From an uncultured Candidatus Saccharibacteria bacterium (GTDB lineage Bacteria; Patescibacteriota; Saccharimonadia; Saccharimonadales; AWTP1-31): DNA of 64,000 nucleotides. This document shows positions 55,366 to 64,000 of this stretch, one piece after another (position 1 is the stretch's first letter; every line of letters begins with the position of its first letter). The position numbers and the translations under genes were made by a program. The stretch is from contig CAZXLT010000001.1 in the NCBI GenBank assembly GCA_964641545.1, forward strand, positions 84,218-148,217, given 5' to 3'. The notes under the pieces are model-generated. The model had not been told where the DNA came from and did not search any database. It saw only the letters and a list, made by a program, of their open reading frames with translations.

Positions 55366-55587
55366 TTATGACTTGCGATAGGTGATTCTTCCCTTAGTAA
55401 GGTCGTAAGGGGTCAACTCGACCGTAACGCTGTCGCCTGGGACGATTCGGATATAATGTTTCCGCATCTTACCGGCAACGTGAGCTATAATTTGATGACC
55501 ATTCTCGAGTTCGACACGAAATTGAGTCCCCGGGAGGGTCTCAACGATTGTTCCCGTGAGTTCGATTACTTCCTTGTTTCCGGCCAT
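55366..55587 (-). CDS. infA: Translation initiation factor IF-1
   Basis: 73 aa with [45 protein letters not shown]. Confidence 0.95.
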   Translation of the reverse strand: MAGNKEVIELTGTIVETLPGTQFRVELENGHQIIAHVAGKMRKHYIRIVPGDSVTVELTPYDLTKGRITYRKS

Positions 55588-55651
55588 AAATAATAACTAG
55601 AATAATAGTGTACCAGATATCCGTATCTGTTGTAAAGCGTTTTATTAACTT

Positions 55652-57169
55652 TTATTTCTTTTTTTGAGTACGCTTCAAAATATTCGGTAAAAGTCGGTGT
55701 AAATTCTTAGATCTACCCCTGTTATCAACGGTGTTTGTCGGATTTTCCTCGTCACGGAAGAAATCCGGTTGTTCGTACTGGTCATACGTCACCATGAGCG
55801 CGCGCGACTCAATTTGGCGCAGGGTCTCTAGCGCAACCGACACAAGTATCAATATACTGGTTCCACCAAGGGAAATATTTGTTTTCAGGAATGCTTGTCC
55901 AACGATTGGCAGTAACGCCAAAAAACCAAGTGCAAATGCGCCAAATAAGGTTAAGCGATTAACGACTTTAGATAAATATTGCTCTGTCTGTTTTCCGGCT
56001 CGAACATCAGCAATAAAACCGCCCTGTTTCTGTAGGTTCTCGGCAATCTCCTTGGCGTTAAAAGCAATCGAAGTATAGAAGAACGTAAACAGTACAACCA
56101 GCAGAAAATATACAACCGGATATAAATACGGCTGCCAGCCACCTTGTTGAAAAGTCTGGACGGTAGGGTTCTGGAAAAGCTGCACAAGCTTGGCGCCTAT
56201 TTCCTGCATACGTTGACTCTGCATACCGGTCATGAGCTGCCCGGCAAAACTCGGAACGCTTAAGAACGCTACGGCAAAAATAATCGGTACCACACCGGCA
56301 GTAATAAGTTTAACGGGCAGAATGGTTGTGACTCCTCCATAGGCACGATTGCCCTGGACGCGTTTTGCATAGTTAACAGTTATTTTTCGTGAAGCTTCGT
56401 TGAGTTTCACTATAAGTATAGTGACCACAACAACTATAGCGGCGATAATAAGACTCCACAGGAGCGCCTTGTTATCTATTGGAAGCTCCTTACCAAACAC
56501 CACCCATTTACTTTCTTTGTTGACGACATCACTTAGCACCGTTGCCAGCGTCTGCGGAAGGCTGCTGACAATGCCGACGGTAATCAACAAAGAAATACCA
56601 TTACCAACATTTTGTTCGGTAATAAGTTCACCGAGCCACATAAGAATCATTGCTCCACCAGTTAGCGCTGCTACCATTAACGCCCACCTCATAGGTGTTG
56701 CATTTGCAGTAATGTCTCCCAGCCCACCAATGCTTGCAGCAGATTGCTTGACGAGATAGATAGCACCAATAGACTGAATAATAGCCAGTGGTAGGGTGAG
56801 TATACGGGTGTATTGGTTTATTTTTCTGCGTCCAAATTCACCTTCTTTATTCAGCGACTCAAGTTTTGGTATGGCACGCGTCAATAACTGCATGATAATG
56901 GATGCGTTAATGTAGGGTCCGAGACCCACGAGCATAATAGAAAAGTTGGCCAGTGCCCCGCCAGACAGTACGTTTATAAAGCTTAGCAGCTGTGGTGAGT
57001 TATTTGATGCAAAGAGGTTCTGTAGTACTTGCTGCAAGCTTTTTGGGTCGCTCAATGGAACAGGAATGTGTGCCAAAATTCGAAAAACAAGCAGCATGCC
57101 TAATACCGCCAAAATGCGATTGCGCATATCGGCAGTTTTTAGTGACTTCCAGATTGTCTTCCAGCTCAT
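55652..57169 (-). CDS. secY: Preprotein translocase subunit SecY (with a basic C-terminal extension of about 50 aa)
   Basis: 10-TM pattern, with GLGPYINASIIMQLL and GGTSILILVSVALET. Confidence 0.95.
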   Translation of the reverse strand: MSWKTIWKSLKTADMRNRILAVLGMLLVFRILAHIPVPLSDPKSLQQVLQNLFASNNSPQLLSFINVLSGGALANFSIMLVGLGPYINASIIMQLLTRAIPKLESLNKEGEFGRRKINQYTRILTLPLAIIQSIGAIYLVKQSAASIGGLGDITANATPMRWALMVAALTGGAMILMWLGELITEQNVGNGISLLITVGIVSSLPQTLATVLSDVVNKESKWVVFGKELPIDNKALLWSLIIAAIVVVVTILIVKLNEASRKITVNYAKRVQGNRAYGGVTTILPVKLITAGVVPIIFAVAFLSVPSFAGQLMTGMQSQRMQEIGAKLVQLFQNPTVQTFQQGGWQPYLYPVVYFLLVVLFTFFYTSIAFNAKEIAENLQKQGGFIADVRAGKQTEQYLSKVVNRLTLFGAFALGFLALLPIVGQAFLKTNISLGGTSILILVSVALETLRQIESRALMVTYDQYEQPDFFRDEENPTNTVDNRGRSKNLHRLLPNILKRTQKKK

Positions 57170-57247
57170 GTGCTACCTTCACCCTCGTTTCTGACTTCGG
57201 TTAGTATAGCAGTCTCACCTCTCAATGAGAATGCATTGGTGTGTTTT

Positions 57248-57730
57248 CTACTTCTTGTCTTTTTTGCTTACGGCAGTTTTAGGGCGCGCAACACGTTCGG
57301 TTGCTTTAAATGTGCCACCAGCTTGTTCGATAGCTTTTATCGCTGAAGCGCTGGCTGCTTGCAGTGTGACGGTGTGTTTTTTTGTCATCTCACCCTTGAC
57401 TACAACTTTCACTGAAACGTAGGCACTAGACACGAGCCCAGCGTCTGCTAATTTGGCATTGTCGATTGAAGTGCCGAGCATGTCGATTTGCCCAGTGTAA
57501 ACAGTTTCCGGAGCAACGCGGTGCGAACGAAATCCTCGAAGCTTTGGAAAGCGTTGTGACAAGGGATTCTGACCACCTTCAAACCCCGGCTTTCGGCTGT
57601 ACCCAGCACGCGCTTTTTGACCTTTGGTGCCACGACCAGCAGTTTTACCTTGTCCAGCTGCAATACCTCGCCCGACACGCTTACGTGACTTTGGCGCCTT
57701 GGTAGTAGTAGTTAATTCGTGATATTTCAT
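57248..57730 (-). CDS. rplO: 50S ribosomal protein L15
   Basis: RKRVGRGIAAGQGKTAGRGTKGQKAR. Confidence 0.95.
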   Translation of the reverse strand: MKYHELTTTTKAPKSRKRVGRGIAAGQGKTAGRGTKGQKARAGYSRKPGFEGGQNPLSQRFPKLRGFRSHRVAPETVYTGQIDMLGTSIDNAKLADAGLVSSAYVSVKVVVKGEMTKKHTVTLQAASASAIKAIEQAGGTFKATERVARPKTAVSKKDKK

Positions 57731-58293
57731 TTGGCTGCCTTTGAAACTTTCTTAACAACTTTCTCTGCCTTCTTGGCTGGAGCTTTTATGGCCTTAGCGC
57801 GGTTGGTAACCCAGTTCTTAGCTGGTTTAATTGCTTGCAATGCTGCAAGTGTTGCATAGGCTGTATTCGTTTTGTTGGTTGAGCCAAGTGACTTGCTTAG
57901 TGCGTTACTTACACCTGCTACTTCAAGAACTGTACGTACGACACCCCCAGCAATTAATCCCGTACCAGGGCTGGCTGGTTTAATCAAAATATTTGCACCA
58001 CCAACTTTTCCGGTTGTTTCGTGAGGCAAAGTACCTTTGTATAAATGAACCTTTACCATGTTTTTCTTAGCAACTTCCATAGCTTTAGCTACAGCTGTAG
58101 TTACGTCAGCTCCTTTAGCAGACCCAATGCCGACCTTGCCTCTTTTATCGCCTACCACAGCGAGTGCGCGGAATCTAAATCGACGACCGCCTTTAACAAC
58201 ACGCGCGACGCGGTCGATATTTACAACACGTTCGTCAAACAGCTTTTCAGCTGGGTCCATGTCTCGATTTGGTCGTGTTCTACGTGGTTCCAT
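57727..58293 (-). CDS. rpsE: 30S ribosomal protein S5 (K/A-rich C-terminal extension)
   Basis: [27 protein letters not shown] ... [15 protein letters not shown]. Its stop overlaps the rplO start by 4 nt. Confidence 0.95.
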   Translation of the reverse strand: MEPRRTRPNRDMDPAEKLFDERVVNIDRVARVVKGGRRFRFRALAVVGDKRGKVGIGSAKGADVTTAVAKAMEVAKKNMVKVHLYKGTLPHETTGKVGGANILIKPASPGTGLIAGGVVRTVLEVAGVSNALSKSLGSTNKTNTAYATLAALQAIKPAKNWVTNRAKAIKAPAKKAEKVVKKVSKAAK

Positions 58294-58646
58294 TAAAACT
58301 CCAATCCTGCTTTTCGGGCCGCATCAGCGAGAGCTTTGACTCTTCCGTGATACAAGCGTCCGTTTCGATCAAAAACGACTTTACTAACCTTGGCTGTTTT
58401 TGCCTTCTTGGCAATTGTCTCGCCGATTGCGGCTGCGCGCTCGGTCATGTTGCCATTGTACGTACCACCGACAGTGCTGACATATACAAGTGTCTTATGC
58501 GTCTCGTCGTTGATGATCTGTGCTGAAACATGACGATTACTGACGCTCACGCTCAAACGTGGCCGCTCTGATGTGCCTATGACTTTCGCACGAACTCGCG
58601 ACTTCCGTTGATTAAATTTCTGCAGTGTATGTGCTAAACGATTCAT
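58293..58646 (-). CDS. rplR: 50S ribosomal protein L18
   Basis: [20 protein letters not shown] ... [26 protein letters not shown]. Confidence 0.95.
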   Translation of the reverse strand: MNRLAHTLQKFNQRKSRVRAKVIGTSERPRLSVSVSNRHVSAQIINDETHKTLVYVSTVGGTYNGNMTERAAAIGETIAKKAKTAKVSKVVFDRNGRLYHGRVKALADAARKAGLEF

Positions 58647-59185
58647 TATTTTTCCTTACCTGACTTTCCGGACTTGCGGATAATTCGTTCGCCAACATAC
58701 TTGATCCCTTTGCCTTTATACGGTTCTGGCTTTTTCAGCGCCCGTATTTCTGCAGCTGCCTGACCAACTTGTTGACGATCAATACCGCTAACAGTGATTA
58801 TATTTTGTTCTACGGTAGCAGTGACACCCTTAGGTACTTCATAGGTTACATCATGTGATAGTCCAATGTTGAACTTTAGGTTAGCTCCCGCGAGTGCAAC
58901 CCGATAACCGACACCGTTAATTTCAAGCTTTTTGGTAAAGCCGCTGCTTACACCTGTAACCATGTTGTTCAGTAACGCTCGCATAAGACCGTGTTTTGCG
59001 CGAACCTTTGGTTCGTCGTTGGCGCGAGTTACGATGAGCTGTTCACCTTCCTGCGATACGGTAATCTCAGGCATGGTGAATTGAGTAAGTGTTCCTTTGC
59101 TGCCGGCAATACTAATGACATCGTCAGCAATAGTGACAGAAACGCCTGATGGGATTGTAATTGGTGATCTTCCTACGCGACTCAT
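58646..59185 (-). CDS. rplF: 50S ribosomal protein L6
   Basis: MSRVGRSPITIPSGVSV ... EPYKGKGIKY. Confidence 0.95.
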   Translation of the reverse strand: MSRVGRSPITIPSGVSVTIADDVISIAGSKGTLTQFTMPEITVSQEGEQLIVTRANDEPKVRAKHGLMRALLNNMVTGVSSGFTKKLEINGVGYRVALAGANLKFNIGLSHDVTYEVPKGVTATVEQNIITVSGIDRQQVGQAAAEIRALKKPEPYKGKGIKYVGERIIRKSGKSGKEK

Positions 59186-59587
59186 TTAATACACCTTACA
59201 GATCAACTCTCCGCCAACACCTTGGCTTTTAGCAGTTGCTCCAGTCATTAACCCCTTACTGGTTGAAACAATAACAACGCCACGACCGTTCTTAACGGTT
59301 GGAATTTCACCAGCAGAGCTGTAGTGTCGGCGTCCTGGGGTGCTAATTCGTTTAATTTCAGTAATGCGTGCATTTTGGTCTGGAGCATTGATGGTTACAT
59401 GAAGGTTTTTGCCAATGCTGGCATCTGTTACCGAAACAGTGTCTAGATAGCCATTTTCCTTAAGCAGGGTTGCTACGGCTTCTTTAACCTTTGAATGCGG
59501 CATTACCACCTCGCTTTTACGAACGTTAATAGCGTTACGTATTCGGGTTAACATATCTGCAATTGGGTCTGTACTTGCGTGTGACAT
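59186..59587 (-). CDS. rpsH: 30S ribosomal protein S8
   Basis: DPIADMLTRIRNA ... GGELICKVY. Confidence 0.95.
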   Translation of the reverse strand: MSHASTDPIADMLTRIRNAINVRKSEVVMPHSKVKEAVATLLKENGYLDTVSVTDASIGKNLHVTINAPDQNARITEIKRISTPGRRHYSSAGEIPTVKNGRGVVIVSTSKGLMTGATAKSQGVGGELICKVY

Positions 59588-59595
59588 AAGTTCTC

Positions 59596-59865
59596 CTACC
59601 AGCTCGCTTTCGTTACACCAGGAATTTCTCCCTTGCTGGCGTGCTCTCTAAATGCAATACGGCTTAGTCCAAAAGTTCGCATGTAGGCGTGTGGTCGTCC
59701 AGTTTCTTGGCAACGATTTTTTAGCCTTGTTGGTGATGAGTTGCGTGGCAAGCGATGCAAGCCTTCAAAATCGCCCATAGCCTTCAGCTCGGCGCGCTTA
59801 GCGGCGAAGCGTTCGATCATTTTCTTACGCTTTAGATCGCGGGCGACGATAGATTTTTTAGCCAT
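59596..59865 (-). CDS. rpsN: 30S ribosomal protein S14 (long, Cys-less form)
   Basis: 89 aa with [26 protein letters not shown] ... KASW. Confidence 0.95.
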   Translation of the reverse strand: MAKKSIVARDLKRKKMIERFAAKRAELKAMGDFEGLHRLPRNSSPTRLKNRCQETGRPHAYMRTFGLSRIAFREHASKGEIPGVTKASW

Positions 59866-60467
59866 TACTTGGCCTCCTTATTATGACTGTCTTTTTCAAA
59901 CGGCATTCCGAGCTTTGTAAGTAACGCTCGCGAGTGTTCTTTACTGAGTGCGTTCACTACAAATACTGCCTGTAAACCATGCACGGTTGTAGTTTCCTCG
60001 AATGTTAGTTCTGGGAAAACTGATTGATCTGTTAACCCAATGCTATAATTACCACTTTTGTCGAATGCACCGGCTTTTACGCCGTGAAAGTCGCGTAATC
60101 GGGGTAGTACGATGTTTATAAGGCGGTCGGCAAACTCGTACATACGATCACCACGTAAGGTCACCTTCAAACCAATCTTATTGCCTTCGCGAAGTTTGAA
60201 TGAGGCGATAGATTGTTTGGCGATTGTTTCGATCGGTTGTTGTCCAGTAATCTTACGTAATGTGTTGCTGGCCACCTCAATGAGTTTCTTGTCGTCTTTA
60301 GCACGACCAAGCCCAACATTAACAACAATCTTCTCTAGGCGTGGAACCTGGTGAACGTTTTTTAAGTCTAGTTCCTTTTGTAGCTCGGCTACAAAAGTCT
60401 TAACGTAGAGATCTTTCAATCGAGCAGTGGTTGCAGTAGATTTTACAGGTGCGGTTTTAGTAGCCAT
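59865..60467 (-). CDS. rplE: 50S ribosomal protein L5
   Basis: RLKDLY ... [13 protein letters not shown] ... RDFHG. Confidence 0.95.
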   Translation of the reverse strand: MATKTAPVKSTATTARLKDLYVKTFVAELQKELDLKNVHQVPRLEKIVVNVGLGRAKDDKKLIEVASNTLRKITGQQPIETIAKQSIASFKLREGNKIGLKVTLRGDRMYEFADRLINIVLPRLRDFHGVKAGAFDKSGNYSIGLTDQSVFPELTFEETTTVHGLQAVFVVNALSKEHSRALLTKLGMPFEKDSHNKEAK

Positions 60468-60799
60468 TACTTGATCTCCTTTCCAGACTTTTTATAGACA
60501 CGTTTCTTTGTGCCATCTTTTCCGACAACATAGCCAATTTTGCTTGCTTTTTTAGTTGCCGGGTCGACAATTCCCACCTTGCTAACAGCAATTGGTTTCG
60601 TAATTTCAATGATGCCGCCCTGAGGGTATTGTTTGTTGGGCTTCATGTGCTTTTTGACAATGTTGATTCCTTCTACTGTAACCTTATTGGTTGCAGCGTG
60701 CGTTCGGACGACTTTACCTGTCTGACCCTTGTACTTGCCAGAACGAACAATAACAGTGTCGCCTTTTTGCAATCGAATTTTGTACGTAGTGTTATCCAT
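60467..60799 (-). CDS. rplX: 50S ribosomal protein L24
   Basis: KGDTVIVRSGKYKGQTGKV (KOW motif). Confidence 0.95.
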   Translation of the reverse strand: MDNTTYKIRLQKGDTVIVRSGKYKGQTGKVVRTHAATNKVTVEGINIVKKHMKPNKQYPQGGIIEITKPIAVSKVGIVDPATKKASKIGYVVGKDGTKKRVYKKSGKEIK

Positions 60800-61167
60800 T
60801 ATAGGACCTCCGGCGCAAGGCTAATAATCTTACTATATCCTTGTTCGCGTAGTTCCCGTGGAACCGGACCAAAAATACGGGTAGCCTTTGGTAGTTTGTC
60901 TTCGCCAATAATAACGGCTGCATTGTCGTCGAATTTAATGGTTGAACCGTCGGCACGCTTAATTGAGTCCTTAGTCCGAACAACAACAGCACGAACAACA
61001 GATTTTTTCTTGACGTTGCCTTGTGGATTTGCCTGCTTAACAGTTGCAACAATAGTGTCGCCAACTCGGGCATATCGACGACGGGTGCCACCAAGAACAC
61101 GAATGCACAAGATTTCCTTGGCTCCGCTGTTGTCACAGACATTTAATCGTGATTCTTGTTGGATCAT
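60799..61167 (-). CDS. rplN: 50S ribosomal protein L14
   Basis: [27 protein letters not shown]. Confidence 0.95.
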   Translation of the reverse strand: MIQQESRLNVCDNSGAKEILCIRVLGGTRRRYARVGDTIVATVKQANPQGNVKKKSVVRAVVVRTKDSIKRADGSTIKFDDNAAVIIGEDKLPKATRIFGPVPRELREQGYSKIISLAPEVL

Positions 61168-61490
61168 TCTTCTTCCTCTTTCGCCTTCTTTTTCTTGGTG
61201 CTTTCATCGGGGTTACCGGTGACGGCATCAACAGTTTTGTCGGCGCTGATGATTGCTTTCTCTACAATATTTACAAGTTTGTACCGCTTACGGGCACTGA
61301 TTGGACGTGTTTCCGCAATGATGACTTTGTCGCCAACATTAGCCTCGTTCTTTTCGTCATGAGCCATAAACTTCTTGGTTAAGCTGTAAGCCTTCTTGTA
61401 TAACGGGTGCGTTTTATGCGTGTGTACGCTTACAACTATTGTCTTATCTGTCTTATTAGAGGAGACAGTTCCTGTAATTGTTCGAGCCAT
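61164..61490 (-). CDS. rpsQ: 30S ribosomal protein S17 (acidic/basic C-terminal extension)
   Basis: [17 protein letters not shown] ... [25 protein letters not shown]. Confidence 0.95.
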   Translation of the reverse strand: MARTITGTVSSNKTDKTIVVSVHTHKTHPLYKKAYSLTKKFMAHDEKNEANVGDKVIIAETRPISARKRYKLVNIVEKAIISADKTVDAVTGNPDESTKKKKAKEEEE

Positions 61491-61690
61491 TATTTTGTCT
61501 CCTTAGTTAATTGTTCGCTGAGAACAGTAAGCATTCGCGCCAAGTCTTTTCGCTTAGCCCGAATAAGTCGTACATTGGTTTGTTCCCCCATGTGAACTCG
61601 ACGTCGAAGCTCTGCGATTTCGTCGCGGAGCTTAGTGCTTTCGGATGTAAGCTCTGAGGTGCTAAATTTTCGGATTTCTAGGATTTTCAT
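61490..61690 (-). CDS. rpmC: 50S ribosomal protein L29
   Basis: 66 aa with IRKFSTSELTSESTKLRDEIAELRRR. Confidence 0.9.
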   Translation of the reverse strand: MKILEIRKFSTSELTSESTKLRDEIAELRRRVHMGEQTNVRLIRAKRKDLARMLTVLSEQLTKETK

Positions 61691-61693
61691 AAT

Positions 61694-62107
61694 CTACGCC
61701 TCTTCCCTCATAAGGAATTTCGTCTTAACAGGCAACTTGTGTCCGGCTAAACGCATTGCTTCACGCGCAATTTCTTCTGGTACTCCTTGCATTTCAAACA
61801 AAATTGTCCCAGGGCGAACCTTGGCTGCAAAGAATTCTGGATTACCCTTACCACTACCCATTTTTACATCTTGCGGTTTACGAGTAACTGGTGTGTGTGG
61901 GAAAATTCGAATCCAGATTTTACCACCACGCTTGATGTAGCGCGTCATCGCCTGTCGACTGGCTTCGATTTGGCGGGATGTTATGCGCTCAGATCCCTGA
62001 CTCTGCAATGCAAAGTCACCGAATGCAATGTAGTTACCGCTGGTAGCTTTGCCGGTAATTCGGCCCTTTCGCACCTTGCGGTGCTTAGTTCGTTTTGGCA
62101 TTAACAT
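61694..62107 (-). CDS. rplP: 50S ribosomal protein L16
   Basis: [16 protein letters not shown] ... [10 protein letters not shown]. Confidence 0.95.
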   Translation of the reverse strand: MLMPKRTKHRKVRKGRITGKATSGNYIAFGDFALQSQGSERITSRQIEASRQAMTRYIKRGGKIWIRIFPHTPVTRKPQDVKMGSGKGNPEFFAAKVRPGTILFEMQGVPEEIAREAMRLAGHKLPVKTKFLMREEA

Positions 62108-62108
62108 G

Positions 62109-62738
62109 TTAGGCTACCTCACCTTTATAGATCCACACCTTAACACCAATAATTCCAGCAACAGTTTTAGCATGCACCTGGCCATAATCGATATCTGCAC
62201 GCAATGTATGGAGTGGAACAGAACCTTGTACTTCTTTTTCGCGTCGGCTCATTTCCGCGCCGTTAAGTCGACCAGCAACTTCAATACGAATACCTTTTGC
62301 GCCAGCACGCATTGTTGCGGCTGCTGTTGACTTGATTGCTCGGCGAAACGAGATGCGTCGCTCTAGTTGGTGGGCAATGTTCTCTGCAACCAATTTAGCT
62401 TGTAATTCACTCTTTTTAACTTCCTCGATGTTCACGCGTACTTGTGCTTTGTAGATGTTTTCAATTGCTTTTTTAAGCTCTTGCGCACCAGCACCGCCGC
62501 GACCAATGACAACACCGGCTTTGGCGGTGTAAATAGTAACCGTAACGAGGTTTGGTGATCGTTCAATGTCCACTTTGTTAATGGCGGCTCGGCTACCCAG
62601 CTTATCGCTGATCATCTTCCGTACCGCTAAGTCCTGACTCAGGTAGTTGGCATATTCTCGCTTGTTTGCGAACCACTTGCTGCGCCAGTCTTTGTTTACC
62701 TGAAGACGCATGCTAATAGGATTAACTTTTTGACCCAT
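62109..62738 (-). CDS. rpsC: 30S ribosomal protein S3
   Basis: [12 protein letters not shown] (KH domain) ... [10 protein letters not shown]. Confidence 0.95.
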   Translation of the reverse strand: MGQKVNPISMRLQVNKDWRSKWFANKREYANYLSQDLAVRKMISDKLGSRAAINKVDIERSPNLVTVTIYTAKAGVVIGRGGAGAQELKKAIENIYKAQVRVNIEEVKKSELQAKLVAENIAHQLERRISFRRAIKSTAAATMRAGAKGIRIEVAGRLNGAEMSRREKEVQGSVPLHTLRADIDYGQVHAKTVAGIIGVKVWIYKGEVA

Positions 62739-63148
62739 TACTTTGTCTCCTTTTTGCTTGATTCAGCTGTTTTCTTAGGTTTTGGTGCACGTACTTCACC
62801 GTCTACAACAACTCGAATGTGGCTGCTACGTCGTTGGAATGGTAGCGCGCGACCATGAGCAGCAGGACGAAATCGTTTAATTCGTACGCCTGGGCTGACA
62901 CTAATTTCACTTATAACCAATGTTTCCGGCTTGTAGTTATGGTTTTGCTCGGCGTTTGCACGGGCACTTTCGATAACTTTCTTGACAGGTACAGCAGAGC
63001 GTCGTGGTACGTGACTAAGGATAGTCAAAGCGTCTTCAACAGATCGACCGCGTACTAAAGCAGCCACAACCCCAACTTTTCGCGGGCTCATGCTGACGCC
63101 CTTAGCGACAGCGGTGACCTTTTTTGACCCTATTGCTTGTACGCTCAT
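62738..63148 (-). CDS. rplV: 50S ribosomal protein L22
   Basis: SPRKVGVVAALVRGRSVEDALTILS ... Lies in the operon between rpsS and rpsC. Confidence 0.9.
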   Translation of the reverse strand: MSVQAIGSKKVTAVAKGVSMSPRKVGVVAALVRGRSVEDALTILSHVPRRSAVPVKKVIESARANAEQNHNYKPETLVISEISVSPGVRIKRFRPAAHGRALPFQRRSSHIRVVVDGEVRAPKPKKTAESSKKETK

Positions 63149-63154
63149 AATTAC

Positions 63155-63430
63155 CTACTTCCCGGCCTTTGCTAATTTACCGCCGTGGCTTCGGAACTTA
63201 CGGGTTGGAGCAAATTCACCCAGCTTATGGCCAACCATGTTTTCGGTAACAAATACCGGAACATGTACGCGACCGTTATGGACAGCGATAGTTCGACCAA
63301 CGAAATCAGGACTAATGGTAGAAGCGCGAGCCCATGTTTTAATTATGGTTCGGTCTTCAGCACCCAGTGCGCTTACTTTCTTAGCAAGCTTTGGGTCTAC
63401 AAATGGTCCTTTTTTAAGACTTCTACTCAT
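63155..63430 (-). CDS. rpsS: 30S ribosomal protein S19
   Basis: [12 protein letters not shown] ... [11 protein letters not shown]. Confidence 0.95.
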   Translation of the reverse strand: MSRSLKKGPFVDPKLAKKVSALGAEDRTIIKTWARASTISPDFVGRTIAVHNGRVHVPVFVTENMVGHKLGEFAPTRKFRSHGGKLAKAGK

Positions 63431-63432
63431 GG

Positions 63433-64000
63433 TTATTTCCTCTTCGCCGCATGTCGGCTCTTAACAATAAATTTAGTGGTGCTCTTGCGAGTTCTTGTCT
63501 TATAACCAAGAGTCTTTTGACCCCATGGTGTGCGTGGAGCAGCACCGTGGTTTTTACCACCACCGATACCGTGTCGTCCACCGTCACCACCACCGTGTGG
63601 GTGATCGGCTGCGTTCATAACAACACCACGGACTGAAGGACGAAAACCTTTGTGACGAGTTCGTCCAGCTTTTCCAACCTTAATATTCTGATGTTGTTCG
63701 TTGCCAACGCGACCAATTTGCGCACTACAGTCAACAAGTACCATTCGAACTTCACCACTTGGGAGACGAACCTGGGCATACGCACCTTCTTTAGCCATCA
63801 GCTGGGCGCCTGTTCCGGCACTGCGTACCATTTGGCCGCCCTTACCTGGCTGCAATTCGATTGCGTAAATAGTGCTACCAAGGGGGATATTCTTTATCGG
63901 CAAGCGATTACCAGTCTCAATTGGTGCTTCTTCGTCACTCGTTATTTTTTGGCCAACTTTCATGTCTTTGGCTGCAAGGAGGTAGTGGTATGCGCCTTTG
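63433..64000 (-). CDS. rplB: 50S ribosomal protein L2, C-terminal part (5' end beyond the window)
   Basis: [18 protein letters not shown] ... [12 protein letters not shown]. The reading frame stays open to the window edge upstream of the track Met. Confidence 0.9.
   Translation of the reverse strand, partial: KGAYHYLLAAKDMKVGQKITSDEEAPIETGNRLPIKNIPLGSTIYAIELQPGKGGQMVRSAGTGAQLMAKEGAYAQVRLPSGEVRMVLVDCSAQIGRVGNEQHQNIKVGKAGRTRHKGFRPSVRGVVMNAADHPHGGGDGGRHGIGGGKNHGAAPRTPWGQKTLGYKTRTRKSTTKFIVKSRHAAKRK

Overview
The window is a gene-dense bacterial chromosome segment, about 90% coding with short or overlapping gene junctions. Genes run on the + strand up to about 10.6 kb and mostly on the - strand after that. 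I infer a reduced-genome, CPR/Patescibacteria-type (Saccharibacteria-like) organism. The spc/alpha ribosomal cluster (rplB to rplQ, then rplM-rpsI) has no L30, adk or map. A phosphoketolase-acetate kinase operon is present, and many ribosomal proteins carry K/A/E-rich tails.

Recognisable content:
- Envelope cluster at 0.8-9.5 kb: a membrane::PIG-L deacetylase fusion, S11 and M15 D-Ala-D-Ala carboxypeptidases, an alpha/beta hydrolase and two GT4 glycosyltransferases.
- cysS, a DHH phosphoesterase, recR, ybaB, dnaB and dnaX.
- A disrupted secE-nusG-rplK-rplA ... rplJ-rplL region.
- A PAS histidine kinase, xfp-ackA-rhodanese, maf, an FAD oxidase and two large secreted proteins.
- rpmG, holB, rluD, trpS and 5 tRNAs (Gln-UUG, Trp-CCA, Thr-GGU, Tyr-GUA, Thr-UGU).
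- No rRNA, CRISPR array, transposase or integrase was seen.

Most notable observations:
1. A phage-type deoxynucleotide module (T4 gp1-like dNMP kinase, dCTP deaminase, and a Tmk fused to a tandem ThyX) sits between rplA and rplJ. It appears co-transcribed with rplK-rplA.
2. Several orphan ORFs are wedged into normally invariant ribosomal-operon junctions. One is a self-contained unit with a near-consensus promoter, a palindrome over the -35 and a strong terminator. It encodes a small protein with a sorting-signal-like C-terminus.
3. A visibly AT-rich single-gene islet lies between tRNA-Trp and a same-orientation tRNA 3'-half-like minihelix.

All calls come from reading the sequence and the ORF translations. 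No searches or computations were run, so family assignments rest on recognised motifs, and composition statements are by eye.
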